NCBI GenBank assembly: GCA_045541795.1
Contig: JAZQJV010000018.1
Span: forward strand, 37,857 to 101,856
Length of the DNA stretch: 64,000 nt
Direction: 5' to 3'
Origin: Patescibacteria group bacterium
Lineage (GTDB): Bacteria; Patescibacteriota; Microgenomatia; UBA1400; PJMF01
Each line of letters opens with the position of its first letter. The first letter of the stretch is position 1. Made by a program: the position numbers and the translations under genes. The notes below the pieces were generated by a model, which was given only the letters and a program-made list of their open reading frames with translations, ran no database searches and had not been told where the DNA came from. Shown piece after piece: positions 55,573 to 64,000 of the stretch.

Positions 55573-56817
55573 CTACGTTTCCTTTCTTTCCTTCCAGATG
55601 ACGTGATTGTAAATGAAATAGTTAATAAACATCCCAAAGAAAATTCCCACCACTTGGTAAATATTTTCTCGGTTGACGGTAATGACAAATGTAAAAAGCT
55701 CTCCGAGACCAAAAAGCGTCTTACCAGCCCACATACAAAGCGCTTGTACGCCAATACCCCAGATACCGTTGATATTAAACTTGATAAATTGGGGGATAAT
55801 TTCGCGCGGTGGGATTTTACGCTCCTTAAACGTCCAGATATTATTAATCGCGAAAGTGACCATGCCGCCAAACTCTATTGACAGGAAGTTGGCTACTTGG
55901 TAAGCCCAAGGATAAGTTAAGTCGTCGGCCAGCGGCGTAAACAGGCGCAACAGCAAAAAACTGATCAACTGTGTCATCGCTCCTGAGCCACCGGCGACCA
56001 CAAATTTAAAAACTCTGTGATTGACAATCTCATCAAAGCGAGCCTTAAAAATGTACAACAAAGTATTTTTGATATATTCGCTGCCGAGTTTTGATTGACC
56101 AATTTTACGATCTACAAAATGAATCGGCACTTCACAAATCCGGAAATTTTTGCGTACTGCTTTATGTAAAAATCCGATCTGCCAAGTATAACCAGAAAAC
56201 CGTTCACCTTTCATTTCTGGCACTACCGCTTCGTAGACCCGCTTGCTGATCGCCCGGTAGCCGCTCGTCCAGTCGCGGATACGGAAATCAGTGAGTACAC
56301 ACATGATCACGATGTTGCCCACCACCGAGTAAAACTTGCGGATCAAAGGCCAAGCTGGATCAATGCTACCGCCATCTTTATAACGGCCACCAATTACAAA
56401 ATCATACCCTTCATCTAATTTGGCCAAAAATGCCGGTATCCGTGCGGGGTCATGTGAGCCATCAGCGTCAAACTCAAAAATGTAATCAGCATCCAATTTG
56501 CCAAAAGCCTCTCGCATTCCCTTAAGGTAAGCTCCGCCCAAACCAGATTTGTTGGGATTGACCAGCAAATGCAAGCGCGGCCATTTCTTTTTCATCTGCC
56601 GTACTACTTCGTAAGTTTTATCTGGCGAAGTATCATCTACTACTAATACGTGCACATCATAGCTACTGACATTTTCACTGGCGGCAAAAATCTGCGGGAC
56701 AATATTTTGGATGTTTTCCCTTTCATTATAAGTAGGAATGATCACCACTACTTTTTTCCGGTTGTCTGCCTGGCGACTCTGTTTTGTGTTCTTAGATCTT
56801 GCCTTCTTTTTTGCCAT
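55573..56817 (-). CDS. Polyprenol-phosphate mannose synthase-like GT2 fused to a GtrA-like domain
   Basis: IPTYNERENI, DDTSPD, FDADGSH, DWTSGYRA, EVPIHFVDR..GQSK; C-terminal KFVVAG..NNIWTFK. Confidence 0.88.
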   Translation of the reverse strand: MAKKKARSKNTKQSRQADNRKKVVVIIPTYNERENIQNIVPQIFAASENVSSYDVHVLVVDDTSPDKTYEVVRQMKKKWPRLHLLVNPNKSGLGGAYLKGMREAFGKLDADYIFEFDADGSHDPARIPAFLAKLDEGYDFVIGGRYKDGGSIDPAWPLIRKFYSVVGNIVIMCVLTDFRIRDWTSGYRAISKRVYEAVVPEMKGERFSGYTWQIGFLHKAVRKNFRICEVPIHFVDRKIGQSKLGSEYIKNTLLYIFKARFDEIVNHRVFKFVVAGGSGAMTQLISFLLLRLFTPLADDLTYPWAYQVANFLSIEFGGMVTFAINNIWTFKERKIPPREIIPQFIKFNINGIWGIGVQALCMWAGKTLFGLGELFTFVITVNRENIYQVVGIFFGMFINYFIYNHVIWKERKET

Positions 56818-56828
56818 CTTATCCTATC

Positions 56829-57821
56829 TTAAAAATCACACATCTTAGCTTTCCCCTCCAAAATCGCCAGCTCACTGTCTACCATGATCTTCACAAGCTC
56901 ACTAAAAGTCACGCTTGGTGTCCAGCCCAATTGCTTTTTGGCTTTCGTCGGATCACCAATGAGTAAGTCTACCTCGGCCGGCCGGTCAAATTCTGGATTA
57001 TGACGGAAACATCTTTCCCAATCATCAATTCCTACGTGATGAAAAGCCAACTGTAAAAACTCCCGCACGGTGTGCGTTTCACCGGTGGCGATCACATAAT
57101 CATCCGGTTTGTCTTGCTGTAGCATCAACCACATTGCTTGTACATAATCTTTAGAATAACCCCAGTCGCGTTTTGCTTCGAGGTTGCCGAGCTCCACAAA
57201 GTCACGCCGTCCGAGTTTTACTTCCGCCACTTGATGAGCGATTTTGCGCGTGACAAATTCCAAGCCCCGGCGTGGTGACTCGTGATTAAAAAGTATCCCC
57301 GAACAAGCAAACATGTTATAAGACTCGCGGTAATTAACTGTGATAAAGTGACCAAAAGCCTTAGCAACGCCATAAGGAGAACGAGGATAAAACGGCGTCA
57401 ACTCCGTCTGCGGGATTTCGCGGACTTTACCAAACATTTCTGACGACGAAGCTTGGTAAAAATGAGCATCCGGCTTGAAAAGGCGCACAGCGTCTAAAAT
57501 CTTAGAAACAGATACGGCCGTGTACTCGCAACTAGCGATCGGCTCATCCCAGCTAGCATGGACAAAAGAATGAGAAGCCAAATTATATACTTCATCTGGT
57601 TGAATATCGCGTACTGCCGTCATCAGGGACACCGTATCCGTGATGTCACCAGGCACGAGGTGAAAATTTGGTTTATCGAGGATTTTTTCAATTCTTTCGG
57701 TGGTGGGTGTACTGGTACGTCTGATCAAACCAAAAACGTCATAGCCCTTTTCCAGCAAAAATTCCGCTAAATAAGAACCGTCCTGACCGGTTACACCAGT
57801 AATAAGTGCTTTTTTTGTCAT
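56829..57821 (-). CDS. gmd: GDP-mannose 4,6-dehydratase
   Basis: ALITGVTGQDGSYL, QASSSE, PRSPYGVAK, GILFNHESPRRG and FVTRKI motifs. Confidence 0.96.
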   Translation of the reverse strand: MTKKALITGVTGQDGSYLAEFLLEKGYDVFGLIRRTSTPTTERIEKILDKPNFHLVPGDITDTVSLMTAVRDIQPDEVYNLASHSFVHASWDEPIASCEYTAVSVSKILDAVRLFKPDAHFYQASSSEMFGKVREIPQTELTPFYPRSPYGVAKAFGHFITVNYRESYNMFACSGILFNHESPRRGLEFVTRKIAHQVAEVKLGRRDFVELGNLEAKRDWGYSKDYVQAMWLMLQQDKPDDYVIATGETHTVREFLQLAFHHVGIDDWERCFRHNPEFDRPAEVDLLIGDPTKAKKQLGWTPSVTFSELVKIMVDSELAILEGKAKMCDF

Positions 57822-57823
57822 AT

Positions 57824-58783
57824 TTACCCTTCTTTATTTGCGCCAGCCTGCCTGTCACGCCAAAATTGTAAAATATCTTTCAAGGTTTCATCAAGTGTAA
57901 TTTGCGGTGTCCAGCCAAGGGTGCGCAATTTTCCCGCATCGCAGATCACTTGTGGATAATCCACCGGTCGGAATTTTTCCTTATCGCTCACGACTTCTAT
58001 CGGTACGCTGGCTAACTTAATGAGCTTATCCAATACCGTCTGGATTTTAATACCCTTGCCCGTGCCGGCGTTGTATATTTCTCCGCTCGCGCCCTCCCTC
58101 ATGAGCAGATGATAAGCGCGCACCATGTCGCGGACATCTGTAAAATCTCGCTCGGCCGACAAATTACCTACTTTCATGATTCGCTGACTGGGGTCGCATT
58201 CGGCTTTGGCTACACTAGAGGCAAAATCAGCCACTACAAATCCCGTCCGCTGACCAGGACCAATGTGATTAAACGGCCGTACGATCACAATTTGCAAATC
58301 AAAACTTGCCGCGTAAGCTTGAGCAAGCATATCTTGAGTGGCTTTGGAGACGGCATACGGATTAAGCGGCCGCACCAAGCGTTTTTCATCAATTGGTGAT
58401 GGATCGTCATGATCGTACAAATCGGCGCTACTTACGAGCAAGATCCGCGACTTTGGCGCATACATCCGTACGGCTTCCAGCAAATTGAGCGTAATCATAA
58501 AATTATTCCGCAACACGAGTCCGGGGTCGCGAAAACCTATTACGACGTGGGCGATAGAGGCCAAGTGGTAAATTTCATCGGGCGTATATTTTTTGATTAG
58601 ACGAGCCGTATCGTCTTCATCCGTCAGATCCAATGCCTCAAAAATCACTTTCTTATCAGCATTATTGACGACTTCCTGCTGCGTCGTCACGATTAGCTCC
58701 GCTTCCGGCTCGTGCTCGCGCAAAAACTCAGTCAGATAACATCCGACGAAACCAGTCCCACCAGTAATTAATATCCGCTTCAT
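57824..58783 (-). CDS. rmd: GDP-4-keto-6-deoxy-D-mannose reductase (GDP-D-rhamnose forming), SDR family
   Basis: ITGGTGFVG, NPYAVSK, RPFNHIGPGQ and VGNL..RDFTDVRD motifs; adjacent to gmd. Confidence 0.75.
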   Translation of the reverse strand: MKRILITGGTGFVGCYLTEFLREHEPEAELIVTTQQEVVNNADKKVIFEALDLTDEDDTARLIKKYTPDEIYHLASIAHVVIGFRDPGLVLRNNFMITLNLLEAVRMYAPKSRILLVSSADLYDHDDPSPIDEKRLVRPLNPYAVSKATQDMLAQAYAASFDLQIVIVRPFNHIGPGQRTGFVVADFASSVAKAECDPSQRIMKVGNLSAERDFTDVRDMVRAYHLLMREGASGEIYNAGTGKGIKIQTVLDKLIKLASVPIEVVSDKEKFRPVDYPQVICDAGKLRTLGWTPQITLDETLKDILQFWRDRQAGANKEG

Positions 58784-58784
58784 A

Positions 58785-60089
58785 TCAAACTGTTTTATTT
58801 TGTCTGCCGATGCCTAGATAGGTATAACCAGCTTTCGTGATTGCTTCTTGATCAAACTGATTGCGCGCATCCAAGAATACTACCTGTTTGTCTGCCGTAT
58901 TCTTAAATTTGTAATCAGTAATCTCTGGCCACTCTATCAAAGCGATGACCACGTCCGCATCCGTGATAGCTGCCTTGATCGAACGTACTTGTTCGTAATT
59001 TTTATCCTCGCTGATCTTATCACTGGCGATTTTTTTCACCATCGGGTCATATGCCGCCACACTCGCGCCTTTTTCCAGTAATAATGGGATCAAAAATAAT
59101 GCCGGCGCTTCGCGCTGATCATCGGTGTTTGGTTTGAAAGCTAGTCCGAGTACTGCTACCTTCTTGCCCTTGAGTTTACCGGTGACGTTTTCTAGGTTTT
59201 CTACCACGTCAGCTGGGCGCTTGACGTTCAGCTTATTGATAAACCGGAACAAATTCCGCTCAGGTGATTCGTACTCATCCACAAATGCAGCCAGGGCTTT
59301 CACGTCCTTGGGGAAACAGGAACCGCCATAGCCAAGACCAGGATACCAGTAGTGACTGCCGATCCGTTTCTCATGACCCATAATTTCTAAGACCTCATCA
59401 ATATCGGCCCCAGATTGTTCACAGACATCAGCCAACACGTTAGCGTACACAATCCGCAAGGCCAAATAATCATTGCTGGCATACTTCGCCAGTTGTGCTG
59501 ACGCCGGGCGCACGCGTACCATAGGTGCTTTGAAAGGTTCGTGTAATTTAGACAACTTCTCCCAGGAAAAATCATCTTCCACGCCGATGGCGATTCGATC
59601 TGGGTATAAAGTGTCGTCTACCGCTGTCCCTTCCTTGAGGAATTCTGGCAAACTGGCGTAATGAATCTTCTTGGCCGTCAATTTCTTGACAATCGGCTTG
59701 ACTTGCTCCAGCGTCCCCGGCAGTACTGTGGATTTAATCACCAAAATTGCATCCTCCTTGAGATATGGTGCTGCCTCCTTTGCACTTGCCTTCACATAGT
59801 CTAGATTAATGGATCCATCCGGACGCGAAGGTGTGCCGACAGCGATCAAGACGACATCGGCATCACTTATAGCTTCTTCATAAGAAGTAGTAAAGTGCAA
59901 TTTCTTCTTTTCCAGACCACTTTTGAGCAGCTCTTCCAGTTTTGGCTCAAAAAAAGGCACTTTACCTTTATTAAGGCTGGCCACCTTGGACTCATCTACA
60001 TCTAAGCCGATCACATTATTGCGAAACTTAGCATAGACAGCCGAAGTCGTTACACCTACAAACCCTGTACCTATAACCGTAATATTCAT
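58785..60089 (-). CDS. ugd: UDP-glucose/GDP-mannose dehydrogenase
   Basis: IGTGFVG, AVGTPS, KSTV, PEFLKEG, GYGGSCFPKD and FKPNTDD motifs. Confidence 0.93.
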   Translation of the reverse strand: MNITVIGTGFVGVTTSAVYAKFRNNVIGLDVDESKVASLNKGKVPFFEPKLEELLKSGLEKKKLHFTTSYEEAISDADVVLIAVGTPSRPDGSINLDYVKASAKEAAPYLKEDAILVIKSTVLPGTLEQVKPIVKKLTAKKIHYASLPEFLKEGTAVDDTLYPDRIAIGVEDDFSWEKLSKLHEPFKAPMVRVRPASAQLAKYASNDYLALRIVYANVLADVCEQSGADIDEVLEIMGHEKRIGSHYWYPGLGYGGSCFPKDVKALAAFVDEYESPERNLFRFINKLNVKRPADVVENLENVTGKLKGKKVAVLGLAFKPNTDDQREAPALFLIPLLLEKGASVAAYDPMVKKIASDKISEDKNYEQVRSIKAAITDADVVIALIEWPEITDYKFKNTADKQVVFLDARNQFDQEAITKAGYTYLGIGRQNKTV

Positions 60090-60201
60090 TTTTTCTTTCT
60101 ATTTTCACTACGATAGTCGTATTGTACCACGGATTTGCCGTTTTTGGATAGCAAACTGAAATCATTTTCTCAACTTTTTGTGCTATAATAACAGACACCT
60201 T

Positions 60202-60284
60202 GGAAGTGTCGCCTAGCGGCTATGGCAGCGGTTTCGAAAACCGCCGGGAGCAATCCCTCGCAGGTTCGAGTCCTGTCACTTCCG
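60202..60284 (+). tRNA. tRNA-Ser(CGA); CCA not encoded
   Basis: Acceptor GGAAGTG/CACTTCC with discriminator G; anticodon arm GCGGT-TTCGAAA-ACCGC; long variable arm; GTTCGAGTC T-loop; TGnTATAAT at 60181-60189. Confidence 0.95.
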
Positions 60285-60317
60285 CCCAAAATCACGAGCA
60301 AAAGGATACTATTATAT

Positions 60318-60905
60318 ATGGATCAAAACAGATCAAACAAACAGGATATTTTGGCGGCTTTACGCTCATATGTGCCAGCCGACGAGCGTGAGCGCTCAAG
60401 TCTCCAGCAGACCATCACCTGGCTTGGTCACAATTCCATCCTTACTTATCCGGCCAATAAGTCTGGCCATCTCACGGCCGACTGCTGGCTTTTAAGCCCG
60501 GATTGCTCGCATGTTTTGCTTACCCTTCATCACAAATTTCATCGCTGGGTACAGCTGGGCGGTCACATGGACGCGGGCGAGACACTTATCCAAACGGCTT
60601 TGCGCGAAACTCATGAAGAAAGCGGCATTGCGGATGTTACTCTGCTAAGCAGTGATATTTTTGACCTCGACGTCCACCGTGTGGACGCGTACCCTGGCGA
60701 GCCTCACTATCATTATGATGTCCGGTTTCTCGCTCGTGCCGGCAGCTGGGATTATCAGATTTCACCAGAATCAGACGAGTTGCGTTGGTTTACGCCCGAG
60801 GATGTGGATGCACTTGCAGCTGGCGATCTCAATCAAATCAATGCGACTCTGACACGGATGACGGCTAAATGGAGAAAGTTTTTGAGTATTTATTGTGTAC
60901 AATAA
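60318..60905 (+). CDS. NUDIX hydrolase
   Basis: GHLTA; Nudix box GGHMDAGETLIQTALRETHEESG; HYHYDVRF. Confidence 0.9.
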   Translation: MDQNRSNKQDILAALRSYVPADERERSSLQQTITWLGHNSILTYPANKSGHLTADCWLLSPDCSHVLLTLHHKFHRWVQLGGHMDAGETLIQTALRETHEESGIADVTLLSSDIFDLDVHRVDAYPGEPHYHYDVRFLARAGSWDYQISPESDELRWFTPEDVDALAAGDLNQINATLTRMTAKWRKFLSIYCVQ

Positions 60906-60980
60906 ATCGAAAAAATACCTATACACAGGTAAAATTACAAGTCAATAAAAACGTTAGCAGAGTAGGAGTGAGACTGCTAA
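60882..60980 (+). repeat. Dispersed element, copy F (core plus CIRCE-like inverted repeat)
   Basis: TTGAGTATTTATTGTGTACAATAAAT at 60882-60907 contains the NUDIX stop codon; TTAGCAGAG-N9-GACTGCTAA at 60954-60980. Confidence 0.9.
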
Positions 60981-60981
60981 T

Positions 60982-62226
60982 TTAATTTACAAACAACCGC
61001 ATGCTGTCAATCATCCCGGTGGAATAGCGTGAGGTAAAATCCAAATCAGCGCCGTACCACGGATCATGCATTTTATAATTGCCGCCGCTTCCCTCGTAAA
61101 GGACGATAAAGTGTCCGCCGTAACCATTATTGGTGCGCACGTGGACAATCACCGGCCGTCCCGCTGCCAGTTCACGGTCTAGCGTCTCGCGGTTAAAATA
61201 ATCTTGCCTCTTGTAAGTGTAACCGCTCGGGGATGGGGGAGTGGTCATCAAGGCCGTATTGGAAAAGAAATAATTACGGTTGCTAGCGATGATACTGGGG
61301 CTGGTATTGGTCCCGTATTTTTTGAAAATCATCGCCACCGAAGAAATATAACAGCCTACGTCACCCACTGTCATATCGGAGCCGCCGATCAGCTGATTAC
61401 ACCATCGCGGATCGCGCTGGGAAAAATAAAATCCATTGCTGCCTTCGCCCGGCATTGAGGATAGACACCGCCCACCGCCGGCGCTTTGCGCAAACCGGCG
61501 AAATGATTCCGCTTCCTTGGCCGCTTCTTGTTTGAGCTGCTGGTAACGTTTTTCGTCATTTTTGGTTTGTGCCAAAAGAATTGCTTTCTCCTCTTTTTGC
61601 GATTCCAGTGCTTTTTGCTGGTTTTTGAGTTGTACCGTTTTGGCCTCCAGCTCTTCTTGTAATTTTTCTCGGTCTTGTTTTTGTTGGTCAAAATCAATTT
61701 TTTCTTGCATCGAGCGGAAAAGCACTTTGCTGGTCTGCAAACTTACTAGTTCTTCGCGTTCACGTGCGCTTACCGCTGAGCGGAAATTGGCATTGGCCAA
61801 AAACATTTCCAAAGTCGAAACGTGCTGAGATTTGTAAGACGTCACTACCAGCTGTGAAAGTAGTGCCGCCATCCTCTCCATAGAGGCAGCTAAGTTTTCA
61901 ATGCGCGCCGATAAAATTTCTGCTTCTTTGCCCGCCTTCACAATTTCGAGGCGAGTTTTTTCAATTTGTGTTTCTTGATAAGCAATCCGGTTGTTGATGT
62001 ATGAAAGCTCACCCGAAAGCGTGTTTTGCTGCGATTTACTTTCATCTATTTTTCGCTGATAACAAGCCATTTTTTCGTCTACACATACTGCGCGTTCGTC
62101 GTCGTTTTCGATCGCCGCACAGTTGTAATTATCCTGACATTCATCCGCTCTCACCACGCCAGCGCCGCCAAAGCCACTAACTAGTAGCGTGACGATCGCT
62201 AGTAGTAAGGACAATTTTTTTGGCAT
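60982..62226 (-). CDS. Secreted coiled-coil protein with a C39-like cysteine peptidase domain (PcsB/CwlO-like FtsEX partner)
   Basis: Signal peptide, long coiled coil, SQRDPRW, GCYISS, GHFIV and HDP motifs; directly downstream of ftsX. Confidence 0.8.
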   Translation of the reverse strand: MPKKLSLLLAIVTLLVSGFGGAGVVRADECQDNYNCAAIENDDERAVCVDEKMACYQRKIDESKSQQNTLSGELSYINNRIAYQETQIEKTRLEIVKAGKEAEILSARIENLAASMERMAALLSQLVVTSYKSQHVSTLEMFLANANFRSAVSAREREELVSLQTSKVLFRSMQEKIDFDQQKQDREKLQEELEAKTVQLKNQQKALESQKEEKAILLAQTKNDEKRYQQLKQEAAKEAESFRRFAQSAGGGRCLSSMPGEGSNGFYFSQRDPRWCNQLIGGSDMTVGDVGCYISSVAMIFKKYGTNTSPSIIASNRNYFFSNTALMTTPPSPSGYTYKRQDYFNRETLDRELAAGRPVIVHVRTNNGYGGHFIVLYEGSGGNYKMHDPWYGADLDFTSRYSTGMIDSMRLFVN

Positions 62227-62227
62227 T

Positions 62228-63097
62228 TTATTTTTTGATTAATCTACCTGTAGACAACCAAGCGGCAATACAAGCCAATTGCGCGGCCACAAATTGTCCC
62301 ACAAACGCTTGCCAAAAGAAGAATTGTGGCGGGAAAGGCAGGACATGAATATCGCCAAAAAACTCAATCAGTTGCGGGGAAATGTAAGACAAAGCAGCAT
62401 AAGAAAGACCAAAAGCGATCAAACTCCCGACCGTCCCCAACCAAAAAGCTTCGCGGATGAAAGTTCCTTTGATTGCTCCTCGGCTCGCACCTAAAATACT
62501 CATGATGTTGAGTGTGCGCCGGCGTGCGGCCACCTTCATCCCGGTGATCACAGCAATGACCAACATAAACTGTACCGTGAAGACGGCACAAATCACGACG
62601 CTGACATTACGCAGGGCACTCGTCCAACTTAAAAATTGATCAACGACATCTTGGTGATAATCTATTTCATCAATGCCGTCAAGTTTGGTGAGTTCATCGC
62701 GTACTTTTTCTAATCCTTCGGGAGAATTGGCTTTAATGCTCATACTGGCGGGGAAAAGATCAGCGCTTAAAAGACCCAGTAGTAATGGTTCATCGGCATT
62801 TTCTGCTTGGTAATTTGCGAAGGCATCTGTTTTGCCCACGACCGTCACCTCGTCTACGTAGTCAAGTTTTTCGACGAGCTTGGCGGCTTGCGTGGCAGCC
62901 TCATCACTCACGCTCACGTCGAAAAACACTAAGACTTCTGGTTGTGTCTCAAAGTGATGGAGGATTAAATTACCCATGTATAAAAAATCAGTCAGCACGT
63001 ACACCAAAAAGAAAGTGGTGATCACCGCAAAAAGCGCCGTCAAACTCTGATTGGGCGTGCGTCTCAGGTTTGTCCAACTCGAAAAAATATTATTCAT
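62228..63097 (-). CDS. ftsX: Cell division permease FtsX
   Basis: 4-TM topology; RRRTLNIMSILGAS..IKGTFIRE; follows ftsE. Confidence 0.85.
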   Translation of the reverse strand: MNNIFSSWTNLRRTPNQSLTALFAVITTFFLVYVLTDFLYMGNLILHHFETQPEVLVFFDVSVSDEAATQAAKLVEKLDYVDEVTVVGKTDAFANYQAENADEPLLLGLLSADLFPASMSIKANSPEGLEKVRDELTKLDGIDEIDYHQDVVDQFLSWTSALRNVSVVICAVFTVQFMLVIAVITGMKVAARRRTLNIMSILGASRGAIKGTFIREAFWLGTVGSLIAFGLSYAALSYISPQLIEFFGDIHVLPFPPQFFFWQAFVGQFVAAQLACIAAWLSTGRLIKK

Positions 63098-63995
63098 GTT
63101 GACCTTCCTGATCAGGTGTAACGTCATCAGTATCTTGCAGCGTAGCTAAATCAATCTGTCGGATTTTGTGATCAATCGGCACTTCATCTGCGGCCTCCGC
63201 TGTCACATTCGGCTCAACTTCCGATTGAGACACGGGCTTTGCATGCGGTTTTTCTGGTTTGGCTGTCTGCTCTTCCCGACGCTCAGCTGCTGGTTTTTCT
63301 TCTGGCGGCATTTTTACTTTGTTTTTTTTGCCGGTATCTTTTACAAGTTTGCCGTGCTGGAATTTTAGCTCTCGCGCGCCCGGCACTTGTGAGATGAGGC
63401 TAAGGTCATGAGTTGTCATGATCACCGTAGTGCCATAACTGTTGACGCTGGCGAGTAATTTGAGCATGTCGCTGGCATTTTGCGCATCAAGGTTGCCGGT
63501 GGGCTCATCGGCAAAAATCACTTCTGGCGCCGTCACTAGTGCCCGTGCCAGTCCCACCCGCTGGGCTTCGCCCCCAGAAAGCTGTGACGGGAAGACTTTT
63601 TCGTAGCCTTCCAACCCCAAAAGTGTCAGTAACTCTTCGATCCGATTTTGGATTTCTTTTTTCTTTTCGTGCGCAATCAAAAGTGGTAAGGCAATATTTT
63701 CTTGGACGTTGAGTTCGTCAATCAAACGATAGTCTTGGAAAACAACGCCCACCTTGCGCCGGTGCTTAGCCACTTTGCCTCGTGATAGTCGGCGCAGATT
63801 TTTGTGATCAAAGTAAACGGAGCCGGCGGTCGGTTGCAACTCCCGCAGTAGCAAACGCAAAAGTGTAGTCTTGCCACAGCCAGAATGCCCCGTGACGAAG
63901 ACAAATTCACCATCATCAATGTCAAAAGAAACATCATCCAAAGCGATTTTCTCACCGCGGCAAAAATTCTTGCTCACTTGATCAAATTTAATCAT
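63090..63995 (-). CDS. ftsE: Cell division ATPase FtsE with a charged C-terminal extension
   Basis: [34 protein letters not shown] and ADEPTGNLD motifs. Confidence 0.92.
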   Translation of the reverse strand: MIKFDQVSKNFCRGEKIALDDVSFDIDDGEFVFVTGHSGCGKTTLLRLLLRELQPTAGSVYFDHKNLRRLSRGKVAKHRRKVGVVFQDYRLIDELNVQENIALPLLIAHEKKKEIQNRIEELLTLLGLEGYEKVFPSQLSGGEAQRVGLARALVTAPEVIFADEPTGNLDAQNASDMLKLLASVNSYGTTVIMTTHDLSLISQVPGARELKFQHGKLVKDTGKKNKVKMPPEEKPAAERREEQTAKPEKPHAKPVSQSEVEPNVTAEAADEVPIDHKIRQIDLATLQDTDDVTPDQEGQHE

Positions 63996-64000
63996 ATACT

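Noticed and set aside
60200-60391. Short ORF and NUDIX extension across 60200-60317
   Set aside because: These overlap tRNA-Ser; the NUDIX start is ATG 60318.
60285-60980. Integrated element at tRNA-Ser
   Set aside because: No integrase, and I saw no duplicated tRNA 3' end.
215-63955. Numerous short antisense or alternate-frame ORFs in the track
   Set aside because: They are shadows of well-supported genes and show no motifs or independent initiation signals.

Overview
Gene-dense bacterial chromosomal segment, translation table 11. It is most consistent with Patescibacteria/CPR (Microgenomates-like); this is inferred from VirB2-like CPR pilins, a protease-less Lon ATPase, a coiled-coil SpoIID, many GT-C glycosyltransferases and no outer-membrane genes. 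Housekeeping content: class II uvrA, a partial MEP cluster (ispH-ispF-ispE-ispG), mscL, lepB, an orphan histidine kinase, arginase, glgP, an RND pump, gap/eno/gpmI, alpha-2-macroglobulin, recJ, a UvrD-nuclease fusion, a surface-glycan locus (wzt/wzm, GT2/GT-C, gmd, rmd, ugd), tRNA-Ser(CGA) and ftsEX plus a coiled-coil C39 peptidase. Most notable unexplained signals: (1) a dispersed, modular 30-130 bp element in 6 copies (21-bp phased repeats, a 20-bp palindrome ATTTATTGT-NN-ACAATAAAT, and a CIRCE-like inverted repeat) lying mostly at gene 3' ends, including between convergent genes; (2) two tandem pilin genes with divergent Cys-rich N-termini and an identical 122-aa C-terminus, one carrying a (TG)8 tract; (3) a Gly-rich surface gene flanked by a structured leader and a perfect 20-bp hairpin; (4) an ABC-ATPase/HEPN-like gene heading the MEP operon; (5) pervasive leaderless promoter architecture. 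All calls come from reading the sequence by eye; no database searches were run.
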